DNA of 19,506 bases from contig JAKFBU010000017.1 in NCBI GenBank assembly GCA_036676985.1, forward strand, positions 1 to 19,506, read 5' to 3'. Under the pieces are notes generated by a model. That model was given only the letters and a program-made list of their open reading frames with translations. It was not told the origin of the DNA and searched no databases. Shown here piece by piece: positions 7,323 through 15,614 of this stretch; positions within the stretch are counted from its first letter, which is position 1; every line of letters starts with the position of its first letter. Source of the DNA: Candidatus Sericytochromatia bacterium (lineage in GTDB: Bacteria; Cyanobacteriota; Sericytochromatia; S15B-MN24; UBA4093). The translations under genes and the position numbers were made by a program.

Positions 7323-9284
7323 TCACGGGATCAGGACCCGGATGCGGCTGTTGATCAGGTAGTCGGCGATGTACAACCGTCCGTCATTCCCCGGCAGCAC
7401 CCCGTAGACGGCTCCGAACAGCGCCTCCGAGGGGACGGCGTCCATGAGGCCAAGCGAGGCGGTACCGGCCACCGTGGACACGACGCCGCCCGAAATCTTC
7501 CGGACGGTGGAGCCCATCCCGTCTCCGACGTAGACGTCGCCGTTCGCCGCCACTCCGATGCCGACCGCGCCCGCGAACCGGGCCGACGAGGTCGCGCCGT
7601 CCACCCAGCCGATGGTGCCGTCCCCGGCGAACGTGCTGACCATGCCCCCCGAGATGAGCCGGATGGTCGAGTTGTCGGCGACGTAGATCTGGCCGACGGC
7701 GTCGACGGCCACGGTGGAGGGGCTGTAGAAGGAGGCCGAGGCGGCTTCTCCGTCCTGAGTTCCCCAGTTGCCCGAGCCGGCGATGGTGGTCACCACCCCG
7801 GCAGGCGTCACCCGCCGGATCTTGTAGTTCGAGGTATCGGCCACGATCACGTCGCCGTTGGGAGCGACCGCTAGCCCGATGGGGTAGCTGAACTGCGCGT
7901 TGGTCCCGGTTCCGTCCAGATTGCCCGACGATCCGTCCGCCGCTCCCGCCAGGGTGCTCACCGTGCCATCGGCCGCGATCTTTCGAATCTGATTGCCCAT
8001 GTTGTCCGCCACGTAGAGGATTCCCCCGGGGGCCCACACGATGCCGGCCGGACCCTTGAAGCTCGCGCTCATGGCCGGTCCATCGACCGAGGCATTGGCG
8101 CCGTTGCCCGCGACGGTCGTGACGGTGCCGTCCGGCGCGATCTTCCGGATGCGGTTGTTGAGGTAGTCGGCGGTGTAGAGGTTGCCGCTGGGATCCTGGG
8201 TGAGGCAGACCGGGGTGTTGAAGAGGGCCCCGAGACCCTTGCGATCGCGGTAACCGGATCCTCCGCCGGCCCACGTGTGGACGGTGCCATGGACCACCAC
8301 GAAGGGGCCGTTCCACTTCTGGCTCCCCTGGGAGAGCGTGACCCAGCCACCGCCCTGGGTGGGGCCCAGCGTGACGGTGTACTGGTCGTGGGCCGCATTG
8401 ACGCTCCAGGTCGCCGGTTCCGCGTTGCCGATGGTCAAGATGGTCGAGACGCCCGGATCCGGGAGGTTTTGTCCGGACAGGGTGAAGGTTCCTCCGGGGT
8501 TGATTGCGGTGGGACTGGCGGCAGCCGCCAGTTGAACGGTCGGAAGCCGCTTGGCATAGCGGGACGCGGGATCCGCACCCGCCGCGGCGTCGTACCCGAG
8601 GACCTCGATCGGATCCTGGTTGGAGGAGAGCGCCGCGTCGACGAGGTTGAAGACGGCCGCGAACTCGGCATTCGTGATGACCGTCCCGCCTTCGACGAAC
8701 GACGTGCCCGAGACATGGCCCATCAGATCCGCCTGTTGCCCCAGCGTGAGGGCGCGCAGGTTGGCGATCGCCGCCACGGCCGTCGTGGCCCTGGATAGAC
8801 TGATAGTACCGCCCGGAGAGCCGCTCGACAGGCTCAGCCAACCATCACTAAACTGCATCAAGGTTCGGATGCGGATCAGCGCAGTCCCGGCACGGTTGCT
8901 GTTGCCCCCAAGGGCGAGGCCCTTCACGGCCTCGAGGTAGTAGGTCTGGCCCGGTACCGGATTGAAGCCCGCCCCGAACTTCAAGACGAACCCGCCGTCC
9001 GCTCCCGATACCGTGGTGCCCTTGGTCGTGCCCGAGGTGGCCTCGATCAGGGAGACCGTGGCTCCGCTCGCGACATCGGCGGTGGTCGCGAGGATGTTCC
9101 GGGTGGCCACCGGCTCGCCGAGCGGCAGGTCCTGGATCTGGCCGTAGATGGTGGGGGCATGCACGGCGGACTGCTGCGACGTCAACGGGAGGGGTTTGGT
9201 GGTGGGGCCGGCCTGACAGCTCAGGACTCCGAAGCTGAGGGCGAGCAGGAATGGCAGGTGCCAGATGGAACGCGGATGAGCCAT
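7323..9284 (-). CDS. Paralogous lipoprotein: same unassigned N-terminal domain + IPT-like domain + NHL-repeat beta-propeller (653 aa)
   Basis: AAGGGG before ATG 9284; VLSC lipobox; about six NHL units (e.g. LYTADYLNNRIRKIAPDGTVTTVAGNG); clear similarity to the downstream gene. Confidence 0.88.
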   Translation of the reverse strand: MAHPRSIWHLPFLLALSFGVLSCQAGPTTKPLPLTSQQSAVHAPTIYGQIQDLPLGEPVATRNILATTADVASGATVSLIEATSGTTKGTTVSGADGGFVLKFGAGFNPVPGQTYYLEAVKGLALGGNSNRAGTALIRIRTLMQFSDGWLSLSSGSPGGTISLSRATTAVAAIANLRALTLGQQADLMGHVSGTSFVEGGTVITNAEFAAVFNLVDAALSSNQDPIEVLGYDAAAGADPASRYAKRLPTVQLAAAASPTAINPGGTFTLSGQNLPDPGVSTILTIGNAEPATWSVNAAHDQYTVTLGPTQGGGWVTLSQGSQKWNGPFVVVHGTVHTWAGGGSGYRDRKGLGALFNTPVCLTQDPSGNLYTADYLNNRIRKIAPDGTVTTVAGNGANASVDGPAMSASFKGPAGIVWAPGGILYVADNMGNQIRKIAADGTVSTLAGAADGSSGNLDGTGTNAQFSYPIGLAVAPNGDVIVADTSNYKIRRVTPAGVVTTIAGSGNWGTQDGEAASASFYSPSTVAVDAVGQIYVADNSTIRLISGGMVSTFAGDGTIGWVDGATSSARFAGAVGIGVAANGDVYVGDGMGSTVRKISGGVVSTVAGTASLGLMDAVPSEALFGAVYGVLPGNDGRLYIADYLINSRIRVLIP

Positions 9285-9359
9285 CGAGCAGGTCCCCTTC
9301 ACAGAAACAGGTGCGCATGCCGTACCGGTGCGGTTAAAGCTGGCTAGCCCGAAATACCC

Positions 9360-9452
9360 GCGCAAACGGATGCGCAAACGATATGCGATTATTATGTGGG
9401 AACGATTCTACCTTAACCGTAGGGCGGACATGCTTGCAATTCCTTGCAAGCA
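9360..9452 (-). promoter_or_regulatory. AT-richer regulatory region of the lipoprotein cluster: candidate -10 box and several operator-like repeats
   Basis: Minus-strand TAGAAT at 9405-9410; GCGCAAACG twice (9360-9368, 9372-9380); perfect inverted repeat TGCTTGCAA-N4-TTGCAAGCA at 9431-9452. Confidence 0.45.
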
Positions 9453-9713
9453 CCGTGGGTGCGAGGTGCGAGACGGGGCGGGACCACTGTTTCAGGCTGC
9501 ACGGTGGGCTCGGGTCGAGGCCACGATCCGCGGCGACGTTTCGACCTCGCCGGAGCGGACCGCCGCCGTCTCCGTCCCGCGCGGCAGCAGGTGGCCAGCG
9601 CCCCCATGAGACCTACGACCCTCCGTTCATTCGGAGCCGTCAACGGTGGCGAAGGGGGCCGCCTGGGCATGGAGCCGCGCCGAAGGGCGACGTATGGCCG
9701 AGAGAAAAAGCCC

Positions 9714-10616
9714 CTACGGCTTGAACTTCAGCCCGATGGCCTTGTAGATCAGCTTGGCCACCAGGAAATCGGGCCCATGCAGGCTCGCGATGGGCGCGAG
9801 CTCGTTCACGTCCATGCCCACCACCTCGCGGGTCGTGAACAGCTCCGTCAGAACGAAGCAGGCCTGCTGCCAGCTCAGGCCGCCCGGCTCGGGCGTGCCC
9901 GTCGACGGCATGATCGAGGGATCCAGCCCGTCCACGTCGATGGTCAGGTACACGTGCTGCGGCAGCTTCGCGATGGCCGCGCGGACCTCCGCCTGCCAGT
10001 CACTCTCGGAGACCATGCGGCTGCCGCCCCAGACGATGCTCAGGTGGTTCTGCTGCCGCAGCCAGGTCCACTCGTCCTCGGAGATGTTGCGGATGCCCAC
10101 GCTCGTCACGTGCTGGAGCGGATGGTCCAGGGCGCGCCGGATGGCGCAGGCATGCGAGTTGGGGTTGTCGTCGTACTCCGCGCGCAGGTCGGCGTGGGCG
10201 TCGATCTGGAGGATGCCCAGGTCGGGATACTTCGCCAGGTAGTGCGGGACGACGGGCGGCATGACCGAGTGGTCCCCGCCGATGAGCACGGGGAACTTGC
10301 CGTCCGCGAGCAGCCCGGGCAGAACGCGGTCGACGGTCGCCTTCACGGCCTCGAAGGACTCCAGGGGGCGGCCGATCTGCTCGGGCTCGATGGTGGCGAT
10401 GCCGACCTCACATGGGTTCCAGCCCAGCTCGTGGTCGAAGAGTTCGACCTGCTGCGAGGCCTCGAGAACGGCGGCCGGGCCCTCCGAGGTGCCGTGGCCG
10501 TACGAGACGGCTCCCTCGAACGGGGTCGTGAACACGGCCGCCTTGGCCGTGCGATAGTCGCTCTGCTCCGCGGGCAGGCCGAAGAAGACGGTGGAAAGGT
10601 CGGTCGAAACGGTCAT
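9714..10616 (-). CDS. speB: Agmatinase (ureohydrolase family)
   Basis: Mn-binding motifs GGDHS, DAHADL, SHAC, DVDGLDPSIMPSTGTPEPGG; AAGGA RBS. The exact substrate within the family is inferred. Confidence 0.9.
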   Translation of the reverse strand: MTVSTDLSTVFFGLPAEQSDYRTAKAAVFTTPFEGAVSYGHGTSEGPAAVLEASQQVELFDHELGWNPCEVGIATIEPEQIGRPLESFEAVKATVDRVLPGLLADGKFPVLIGGDHSVMPPVVPHYLAKYPDLGILQIDAHADLRAEYDDNPNSHACAIRRALDHPLQHVTSVGIRNISEDEWTWLRQQNHLSIVWGGSRMVSESDWQAEVRAAIAKLPQHVYLTIDVDGLDPSIMPSTGTPEPGGLSWQQACFVLTELFTTREVVGMDVNELAPIASLHGPDFLVAKLIYKAIGLKFKP

Positions 10617-10648
10617 GGGGCATCCTTCGTAGGGGGCAACAGCTCCTT

Positions 10649-10657
10649 AGTGTACCA
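10649..10657 (-). promoter_or_regulatory. Extended -10 promoter of speB
   Basis: Minus strand TGgTACACT about 33 nt upstream of the ATG. Confidence 0.5.
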
Positions 10658-10693
10658 TTGCGGGGACCGACCGCCCCAGGCGGGAAACGATGG

Positions 10694-10723
10694 GGGCTCC
10701 CCGGCTGCCGGGGAGCCCTTTTT
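10694..10723. terminator. GC-rich hairpin immediately after the HU stop codon
   Basis: 11-bp perfect stem GGGCTCCCCGG / CCGGGGAGCCC. The T run is on the + strand and only weak on the HU (minus) strand. Confidence 0.6.
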
Positions 10724-11009
10724 AGCTCTCTTCCGGGATCTCGAGCCGATCCTTGAGCGCCTTGCCCGCCGTGAAGCACGGAATGCGCTTGGCGCCGATG
10801 GTGATGCTCTCGCCGGTGCGCGGGTTGCGCCCTTCGCGCTCGGCGCGCTCGCGGACCGCAAAGGTCCCGAACCCGATGATGGTGACCTTTTCGCTCTGCT
10901 CGAGGGCCTCGCTGATGGACTCGAGCGTCGCGTTGACCACGGCCTCCGCCGTCTTCCTCGGGGCGTGAGTGCGTTCGGCCACTGCTTGGACCAGATCGTC
11001 CTTATTCAA
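10722..11009 (-). CDS. hup: HU family DNA-binding protein (95 aa, TTG start)
   Basis: (M)NKDDLV...VTIIGFGTFAVRERAEREGRNPRTGESITI...P.F.AGKALKD; purine-rich RBS before TTG 11009. Confidence 0.93.
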   Translation of the reverse strand: MNKDDLVQAVAERTHAPRKTAEAVVNATLESISEALEQSEKVTIIGFGTFAVRERAEREGRNPRTGESITIGAKRIPCFTAGKALKDRLEIPEES

Positions 11010-11255
11010 CCCCTTCACCCCTTTCTCGGCGCGCCCCAAGTCGCGCGCGACCGATGCGAATTCAGGACCGATATAGCACACCCATGTCGCGGAGTCACCG
11101 CAAGACCGAGCTTTCGCGGGGCCGAGGGCGCCCCCATCGGCGAGCTTTCTTGCTTATGCCCCGGATCCTGTAGTAGCATGGGCGTTACCCTTTTTCGGCT
11201 CGCGGGTGTGCCCGCACCTGCTGGAGCCGGACGCACGACAAGGACACCTGGGACA

Positions 11256-11897
11256 GTGGAAGCGACGCGGATCAATCAGTCGGACGAGGCGGCCCGCCAC
11301 GCCTCGCGGCGGCGTTCGGGCATGCTCATCGTCATTTCGGGCCCGTCCGGCGTGGGCAAGGGGACGCTCGTCAAGGAGCTCCACCGCGAGATGCCGGAGC
11401 TGCGCTTCTCGGTCTCGGTGACCACCCGCCAGCCGCGCCCGGGCGAGGTGGACGGCAAGCACTACTTCTTCCGGACCGAAGAGCAGTTCCAGCAGATGGT
11501 CGAGCAGGGCGACCTCCTGGAGTACTCCCAGTTCGTCAACGGCCTCTTTTACGGCACGCCCCGCGCCTACGTCGAGGAGATGATCTCGGAAGGCCACGAC
11601 GTCCTGCTCGAGATCGACGTCAAGGGCGCCATCCAGGTCAAGGAGCGCTGGCCGCACGGCGTCTACGTCTTCATCCTCCCGCCCACGCTCGAGGCCCTGG
11701 AGCAGCGCCTGCGCAAGCGCCAGACCGAGGCGGCCGAGGCCATCCGCCAGCGCCTGTCGGTCGCGGTGGACGAGCTCAACTTCCTGCCGCTCTACGACTA
11801 CCAGGTCGTCAACGACGACCTCGCCAAGGCGGCGACCAAGCTTCATGCGATCATTACCGCGGAGCGGTGCCGGATTAGCCGCCACCTGCCCCACTAG
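11256..11897 (+). CDS. gmk: Guanylate kinase
   Basis: LIVISGPSGVGKGT P-loop, SVSVTTRQPRPGEVDGKHYFF, YGTP, LLEIDVKGA. Start uncertain (GTG 11256 or ATG 11322). This is the C-terminal part of the 817-aa track ORF. Confidence 0.95.
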   Translation: MEATRINQSDEAARHASRRRSGMLIVISGPSGVGKGTLVKELHREMPELRFSVSVTTRQPRPGEVDGKHYFFRTEEQFQQMVEQGDLLEYSQFVNGLFYGTPRAYVEEMISEGHDVLLEIDVKGAIQVKERWPHGVYVFILPPTLEALEQRLRKRQTEAAEAIRQRLSVAVDELNFLPLYDYQVVNDDLAKAATKLHAIITAERCRISRHLPH

Positions 11898-11912
11898 CAA
11901 GAAAGGTGAACG

Positions 11913-12107
11913 ATGCACAGCGAACTGTTGGCCAACAACGATAACAAGTACGAGCTGGTCCTCAAGGTCGCCCGCCGCGCCAAGCTCCTCAAGGACGACA
12001 TCCAGCGCGACGGCTCCATCGAGGTCAACAAGCCGATTCCTCTGGCCATCAACGAGCTCCTCCAGGAGGCCCGTGAGGCCGAGGATCAGCCCGAGACCCA
12101 AGCGTAA
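11913..12107 (+). CDS. rpoZ: RNA polymerase omega subunit
   Basis: NKYELVLKVARRAK...KPIPLAINEL; position between gmk and coaBC; AAAGG RBS. Confidence 0.9.
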   Translation: MHSELLANNDNKYELVLKVARRAKLLKDDIQRDGSIEVNKPIPLAINELLQEAREAEDQPETQA

Positions 12108-12112
12108 CGCCG

Positions 12113-13303
12113 ATGCCCGTCCTACTCCTCGGGGTCTCGGGCGGGATCGCGGTCTATAAAGCCGTCGAGCTGACCTCCTGGCTGCGCAAGCGCGGCTGGG
12201 AGGTTCGCGTCGTCATGACGGAGAACGCCACCCGCTTCGTCACGCCCCTCACCTTCCAGACCATGTCCCGGCACCCGGTGCACGTTGACCCCTTCGAGAC
12301 GGGGGCCGCGGGCGTCGAGCACATCGACCTGGCCCGCGGCTGCGACCTGGTGGCCGTGGTGCCCGCGACGGCCAACACCATGGCCAAGCTCGCCAACGGC
12401 ATCGCCGACGACCTGCTCTCCACCACCCTGCTCGCCACCCGGGCCCCGGTCCTGGTGGCGCCCGCCATGAACACGGCCATGTGGGAGCACCCGGCGACCC
12501 GGGCAAACCTTGCGACCCTGCAGGCGCGGGGCGTTCAGGTGGTCATGCCCCAGGCGTCCGGAGAGCTCGCCTGCGGCGAGGAAGGGGCGGGCAAGCTCGC
12601 CGAGGTCGAAGTCATTGCGGCGGCCATCGAGCGCCGCTACCGGCAGGGGGCCTCCTTGGCGGGCGTGAGGGTGCTGGTCACCGCGGGCGGGACCCGCGAG
12701 CCCATCGATCCCGTGCGCTACATCGGCAACCGCTCGAGCGGCAAGATGGGCCATGCGATCGCCCAGGCCGCGGCCGAGCGCGGAGCCGCGGTCACGCTCG
12801 TCACGAGCTCCGGCCTGCCCGTGCCCCCGGGGGTCGAGGCCGTGCGCGTCGCCACCGCGGCCGAGCTCACAGCCGCCGTCTCCGAGCGCTTCGCGGGCTC
12901 CGACGTGCTCGTGATGGCCGCGGCCGTCGCGGACTACCGCCCGGTCGTGGCCGCCGACAGCAAGATCAAGAAGGGAAAGGGCTCCATCCATCTGGAGCTC
13001 GAGCCAACGGTCGACGTCCTCTCCACGCTCGCCCCGAGGAAGCGTCCCGATCAGCTGGTCGTCGGCTTCGCGGCCGAGACCAACGACGTCCTCGGCTACG
13101 CGGAGGACAAGCTGCGACGCAAGGGCCTGGACCTCATCGTCGCCAACGACGTCTCGCGGGGGGACATCGGCTTCGAGACCGACCAGAACGCGGTGACCGT
13201 CATCGGCCCCCAGGGCGTGGTCGCCGAGATCGCCCGCATGCCTAAGCTCCAGGTGGCCGACCGACTCTGGGAGCTGGTGGCCGAACGGCTTCCCCGCGCA
13301 TGA
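12113..13303 (+). CDS. coaBC: Bifunctional phosphopantothenoylcysteine decarboxylase / phosphopantothenate-cysteine ligase
   Basis: GVSGGIAVYK, PATANTMAKLANGIADDLL, PAMNTAM, LACGEEGAGK, TAGGTREPIDPVRYIGNRSSGKMG, VGFAAET, IVANDV. Confidence 0.97.
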   Translation: MPVLLLGVSGGIAVYKAVELTSWLRKRGWEVRVVMTENATRFVTPLTFQTMSRHPVHVDPFETGAAGVEHIDLARGCDLVAVVPATANTMAKLANGIADDLLSTTLLATRAPVLVAPAMNTAMWEHPATRANLATLQARGVQVVMPQASGELACGEEGAGKLAEVEVIAAAIERRYRQGASLAGVRVLVTAGGTREPIDPVRYIGNRSSGKMGHAIAQAAAERGAAVTLVTSSGLPVPPGVEAVRVATAAELTAAVSERFAGSDVLVMAAAVADYRPVVAADSKIKKGKGSIHLELEPTVDVLSTLAPRKRPDQLVVGFAAETNDVLGYAEDKLRRKGLDLIVANDVSRGDIGFETDQNAVTVIGPQGVVAEIARMPKLQVADRLWELVAERLPRA

Positions 13304-15498
13304 CCCCTGGCGCCCCCGAGCCGCTCTACGCCGACGTCCTGATCGACTCCCTGCCGGTCGCGCAGCAACGGCCCTACACCTACCGCGTGCCCTTGGCTCT
13401 GCAGGAGCGCGTCGGCATCGGGTCGGCCGTGGTGGTGCCCTTCGGCGCACGAGCCCGGGCGAGCGGCTACGTGGTCGGGCTGCCGGCAAAGGCCCCTGAT
13501 GCCCCCACCCGCGAGATCCGCGAGGTCCTCGGCGAGGCGGCCGTGCCTCCGGCGCTGCAGCGCCTGTTCGCATGGCTTGCCGAGCATTACTGTTGCTCGC
13601 TCGCTCAGGTGTACCAGATGGCCCTGCCCCGGGGCACCATGCGCGGCGAGGCCAAGGAGAAGACCCAGCTCGTCGTCACCATGCAGGGCGGCCTCGCGGC
13701 GGATCTCTCCAAGCGCCAGGTCCAGGTGATGGGCGTGCTCGCGTCCGCCGGCGGCCAGATGCCCATGGCCGACCTGGTCCGCGCGGCCCAGACCACGCCC
13801 TCTTTGCTCCGGGGCCTCGAGGCCCGGGGAGCGGTCGCCATCGCCGCCCAGCGCGTCCGGCGCGCCCCCGATCTGCCCAAGGCCGCGCATGGGGGCGCGG
13901 TCGAGCCCACGGCCGAGCAGGCCGAGGCCATCCGCGCCATCACCCAGGCGGATCCCGGCGAGGTCTTTCTCCTCTTTGGCGTGACGGGCAGCGGCAAGAC
14001 GGAGGTGTACCTCCAGGCGATTGCCGACACCCTCGATCGGGGTGAGCAGGCGCTCGTGCTCGTGCCCGAGATCGCCCTCACTCCGCAGACGGTCGCGCGC
14101 TTCCGGGCCCGCTTCGGGGATCGGATCGCGGTGCTGCACAGCGCGCTCGGCCAGGGAGAGCGCTATGACGAATGGCAGCGCCTCCGGACAGGCGAGGCCC
14201 GGGTCGGCATCGGGGCCCGCTCGGCCATCTTCGCGCCGGTCGCGCGTCTCGGGCTCGTCATCATCGACGAGGAGCACGAGAGCTCCTACAAGCAGGACGT
14301 GGCCCCTCGCTACCATGCCCGCACCGTCGCCTTGCAGCGGGCGGCCTTTGAGGGGGCGCGGGTCGTCCTGGGCAGCGCCACGCCGGCGGTCGAGACCCAT
14401 CACCGCGCGGTCTCGGGCGAGTACGGCCTGTTGCGCCTGTCGCGTCGCATCCACGATCGGGCTATGCCGCCCGTCGAGGTGGTCGACATGCGCGCGGAGC
14501 TGGAAGCGGGACATCGCTCCATCTTCAGCCGGCGGTTGGGCGAGGAGCTCACGGCCTGTCTCGAACGCGGAGAGCAGGCGATCCTGCTCATCAACCGCCG
14601 GGGCTATGCGACCTTCGTGCTGTGCCGGAGCTGCGGGGAGGCCGTGCGGTGCCCCAACTGCTCGGTATCCCTGACCTACCACCGCGCGGGCGAGTCCCTG
14701 CGCTGCCACTACTGCGACTACCGAGAGGAGCCGCCGAAGCGTTGCCCCTCCTGTCGCAGCCCCTACATCAAGCACTTCGGAGCGGGTACCCAGCAGGTCT
14801 ATGAGGCGGCCGCCGAGCTCCTGCCGGGCGCGCGCATCCTCCGGCTCGACAAGGACACTACGACGCGCAAGGGCTCTCACCAGCGGATCCTCGACGCCTT
14901 CGCCCAGGGCGAGGCGGACGTCCTCATCGGCACGCAGATGGTCGCCAAGGGCCTGGATCTGCCCCGGGTCTCCCTGGTGGGCATCATGGCGGCCGACTCG
15001 TCGTTGAACCTGCCGGACTTCCGCGCGGGCGAACGTACCTTCCAGCTCCTGACGCAGGTGGCGGGTCGCGCGGGACGCGGGGACATCGCGGGCCGCGTGG
15101 TGCTGCAGACCTACGCGCCGGATCATCCGAGCGTGCGCTTCGCGCAGGCCCATGACTTCGAGGCGTTCTTCGATTACGAGGTTCGCGAGCGCGAGGATCT
15201 GCGCTACCCACCCTTCATTCACCTGATCAACGTGGTGGTGAGCGCGGAGGACGCCGGGGCGGCCTGGAAGGTGGCCGGCACCCTGGTCCAGCGTCTGGAG
15301 GCCTTTCCGGAGGTCGTGGCACTCGGGCCCGCCGAAGCGGTGCTCGCCCAGCTGCGCGGCCGGCATCGGGTCCAGGTTCTGATCAAGGCGGCGGATCTAG
15401 GCGCGGCGCGCCGGGCGCTGAGAGAGGCGGTCCGCCAGACCGAGCGCCCCCAAGGGGTGCGCATGGCCATCGACGTGGAGCCCGCCTCACTTCTATAG
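13300..15498 (+). CDS. priA: Primosomal protein N' (replication restart helicase)
   Basis: GVTGSGKTEVY, LVPEIALTPQ, IIDEEHESSYKQ, four CxxC Zn ligand pairs, GTQMVAKGLD, QVAGRAGR; ATGA overlap with coaBC. Confidence 0.97.
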   Translation: MTPGAPEPLYADVLIDSLPVAQQRPYTYRVPLALQERVGIGSAVVVPFGARARASGYVVGLPAKAPDAPTREIREVLGEAAVPPALQRLFAWLAEHYCCSLAQVYQMALPRGTMRGEAKEKTQLVVTMQGGLAADLSKRQVQVMGVLASAGGQMPMADLVRAAQTTPSLLRGLEARGAVAIAAQRVRRAPDLPKAAHGGAVEPTAEQAEAIRAITQADPGEVFLLFGVTGSGKTEVYLQAIADTLDRGEQALVLVPEIALTPQTVARFRARFGDRIAVLHSALGQGERYDEWQRLRTGEARVGIGARSAIFAPVARLGLVIIDEEHESSYKQDVAPRYHARTVALQRAAFEGARVVLGSATPAVETHHRAVSGEYGLLRLSRRIHDRAMPPVEVVDMRAELEAGHRSIFSRRLGEELTACLERGEQAILLINRRGYATFVLCRSCGEAVRCPNCSVSLTYHRAGESLRCHYCDYREEPPKRCPSCRSPYIKHFGAGTQQVYEAAAELLPGARILRLDKDTTTRKGSHQRILDAFAQGEADVLIGTQMVAKGLDLPRVSLVGIMAADSSLNLPDFRAGERTFQLLTQVAGRAGRGDIAGRVVLQTYAPDHPSVRFAQAHDFEAFFDYEVREREDLRYPPFIHLINVVVSAEDAGAAWKVAGTLVQRLEAFPEVVALGPAEAVLAQLRGRHRVQVLIKAADLGAARRALREAVRQTERPQGVRMAIDVEPASLL

Positions 15499-15526
15499 AA
15501 AAGAGCCCGAGGCGATCGCCTCGGGC
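15497..15526 (-). terminator. Intrinsic terminator for the Hsp20 gene (possibly bidirectional with priA)
   Basis: Stem GCCCGAGGC / GCCTCGGGC with GATC loop, followed on the minus strand by TCTTTTCT. Confidence 0.7.
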
Positions 15527-15614
15527 CATAGACGACCTGACGAAACCAGGGATGAAGGTCCGGCGCCGCCCACAGGGCGGCACCGGAACCGTTTCGCCAG
15601 GTGTCCGGTCGGTC

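Noticed and set aside
9431-9452. Sigma54 promoter reading of the TTGC elements
   Set aside because: No GG dinucleotide at the required -24 position on either strand.
9413-9670. 85-aa minus-strand ORF downstream of speB
   Set aside because: No clear RBS, Arg/Pro-rich nonspecific composition, and it runs into the regulatory region.
9444-11255. 817-aa ORF suggesting a giant N-terminal fusion to guanylate kinase
   Set aside because: The upstream part is antisense to speB and HU; a stop-free shadow frame is expected at high GC. gmk has its own start near 11256-11322.
13096-15366. 756-aa ORF antisense to priA, and similar long antisense ORFs at 2751-4235, 12122-13573 and 7384-8841
   Set aside because: They overlap well-supported genes, have no recognisable motifs, and show the Arg/Gly/Ala-rich composition typical of GC-rich off-frame translation.
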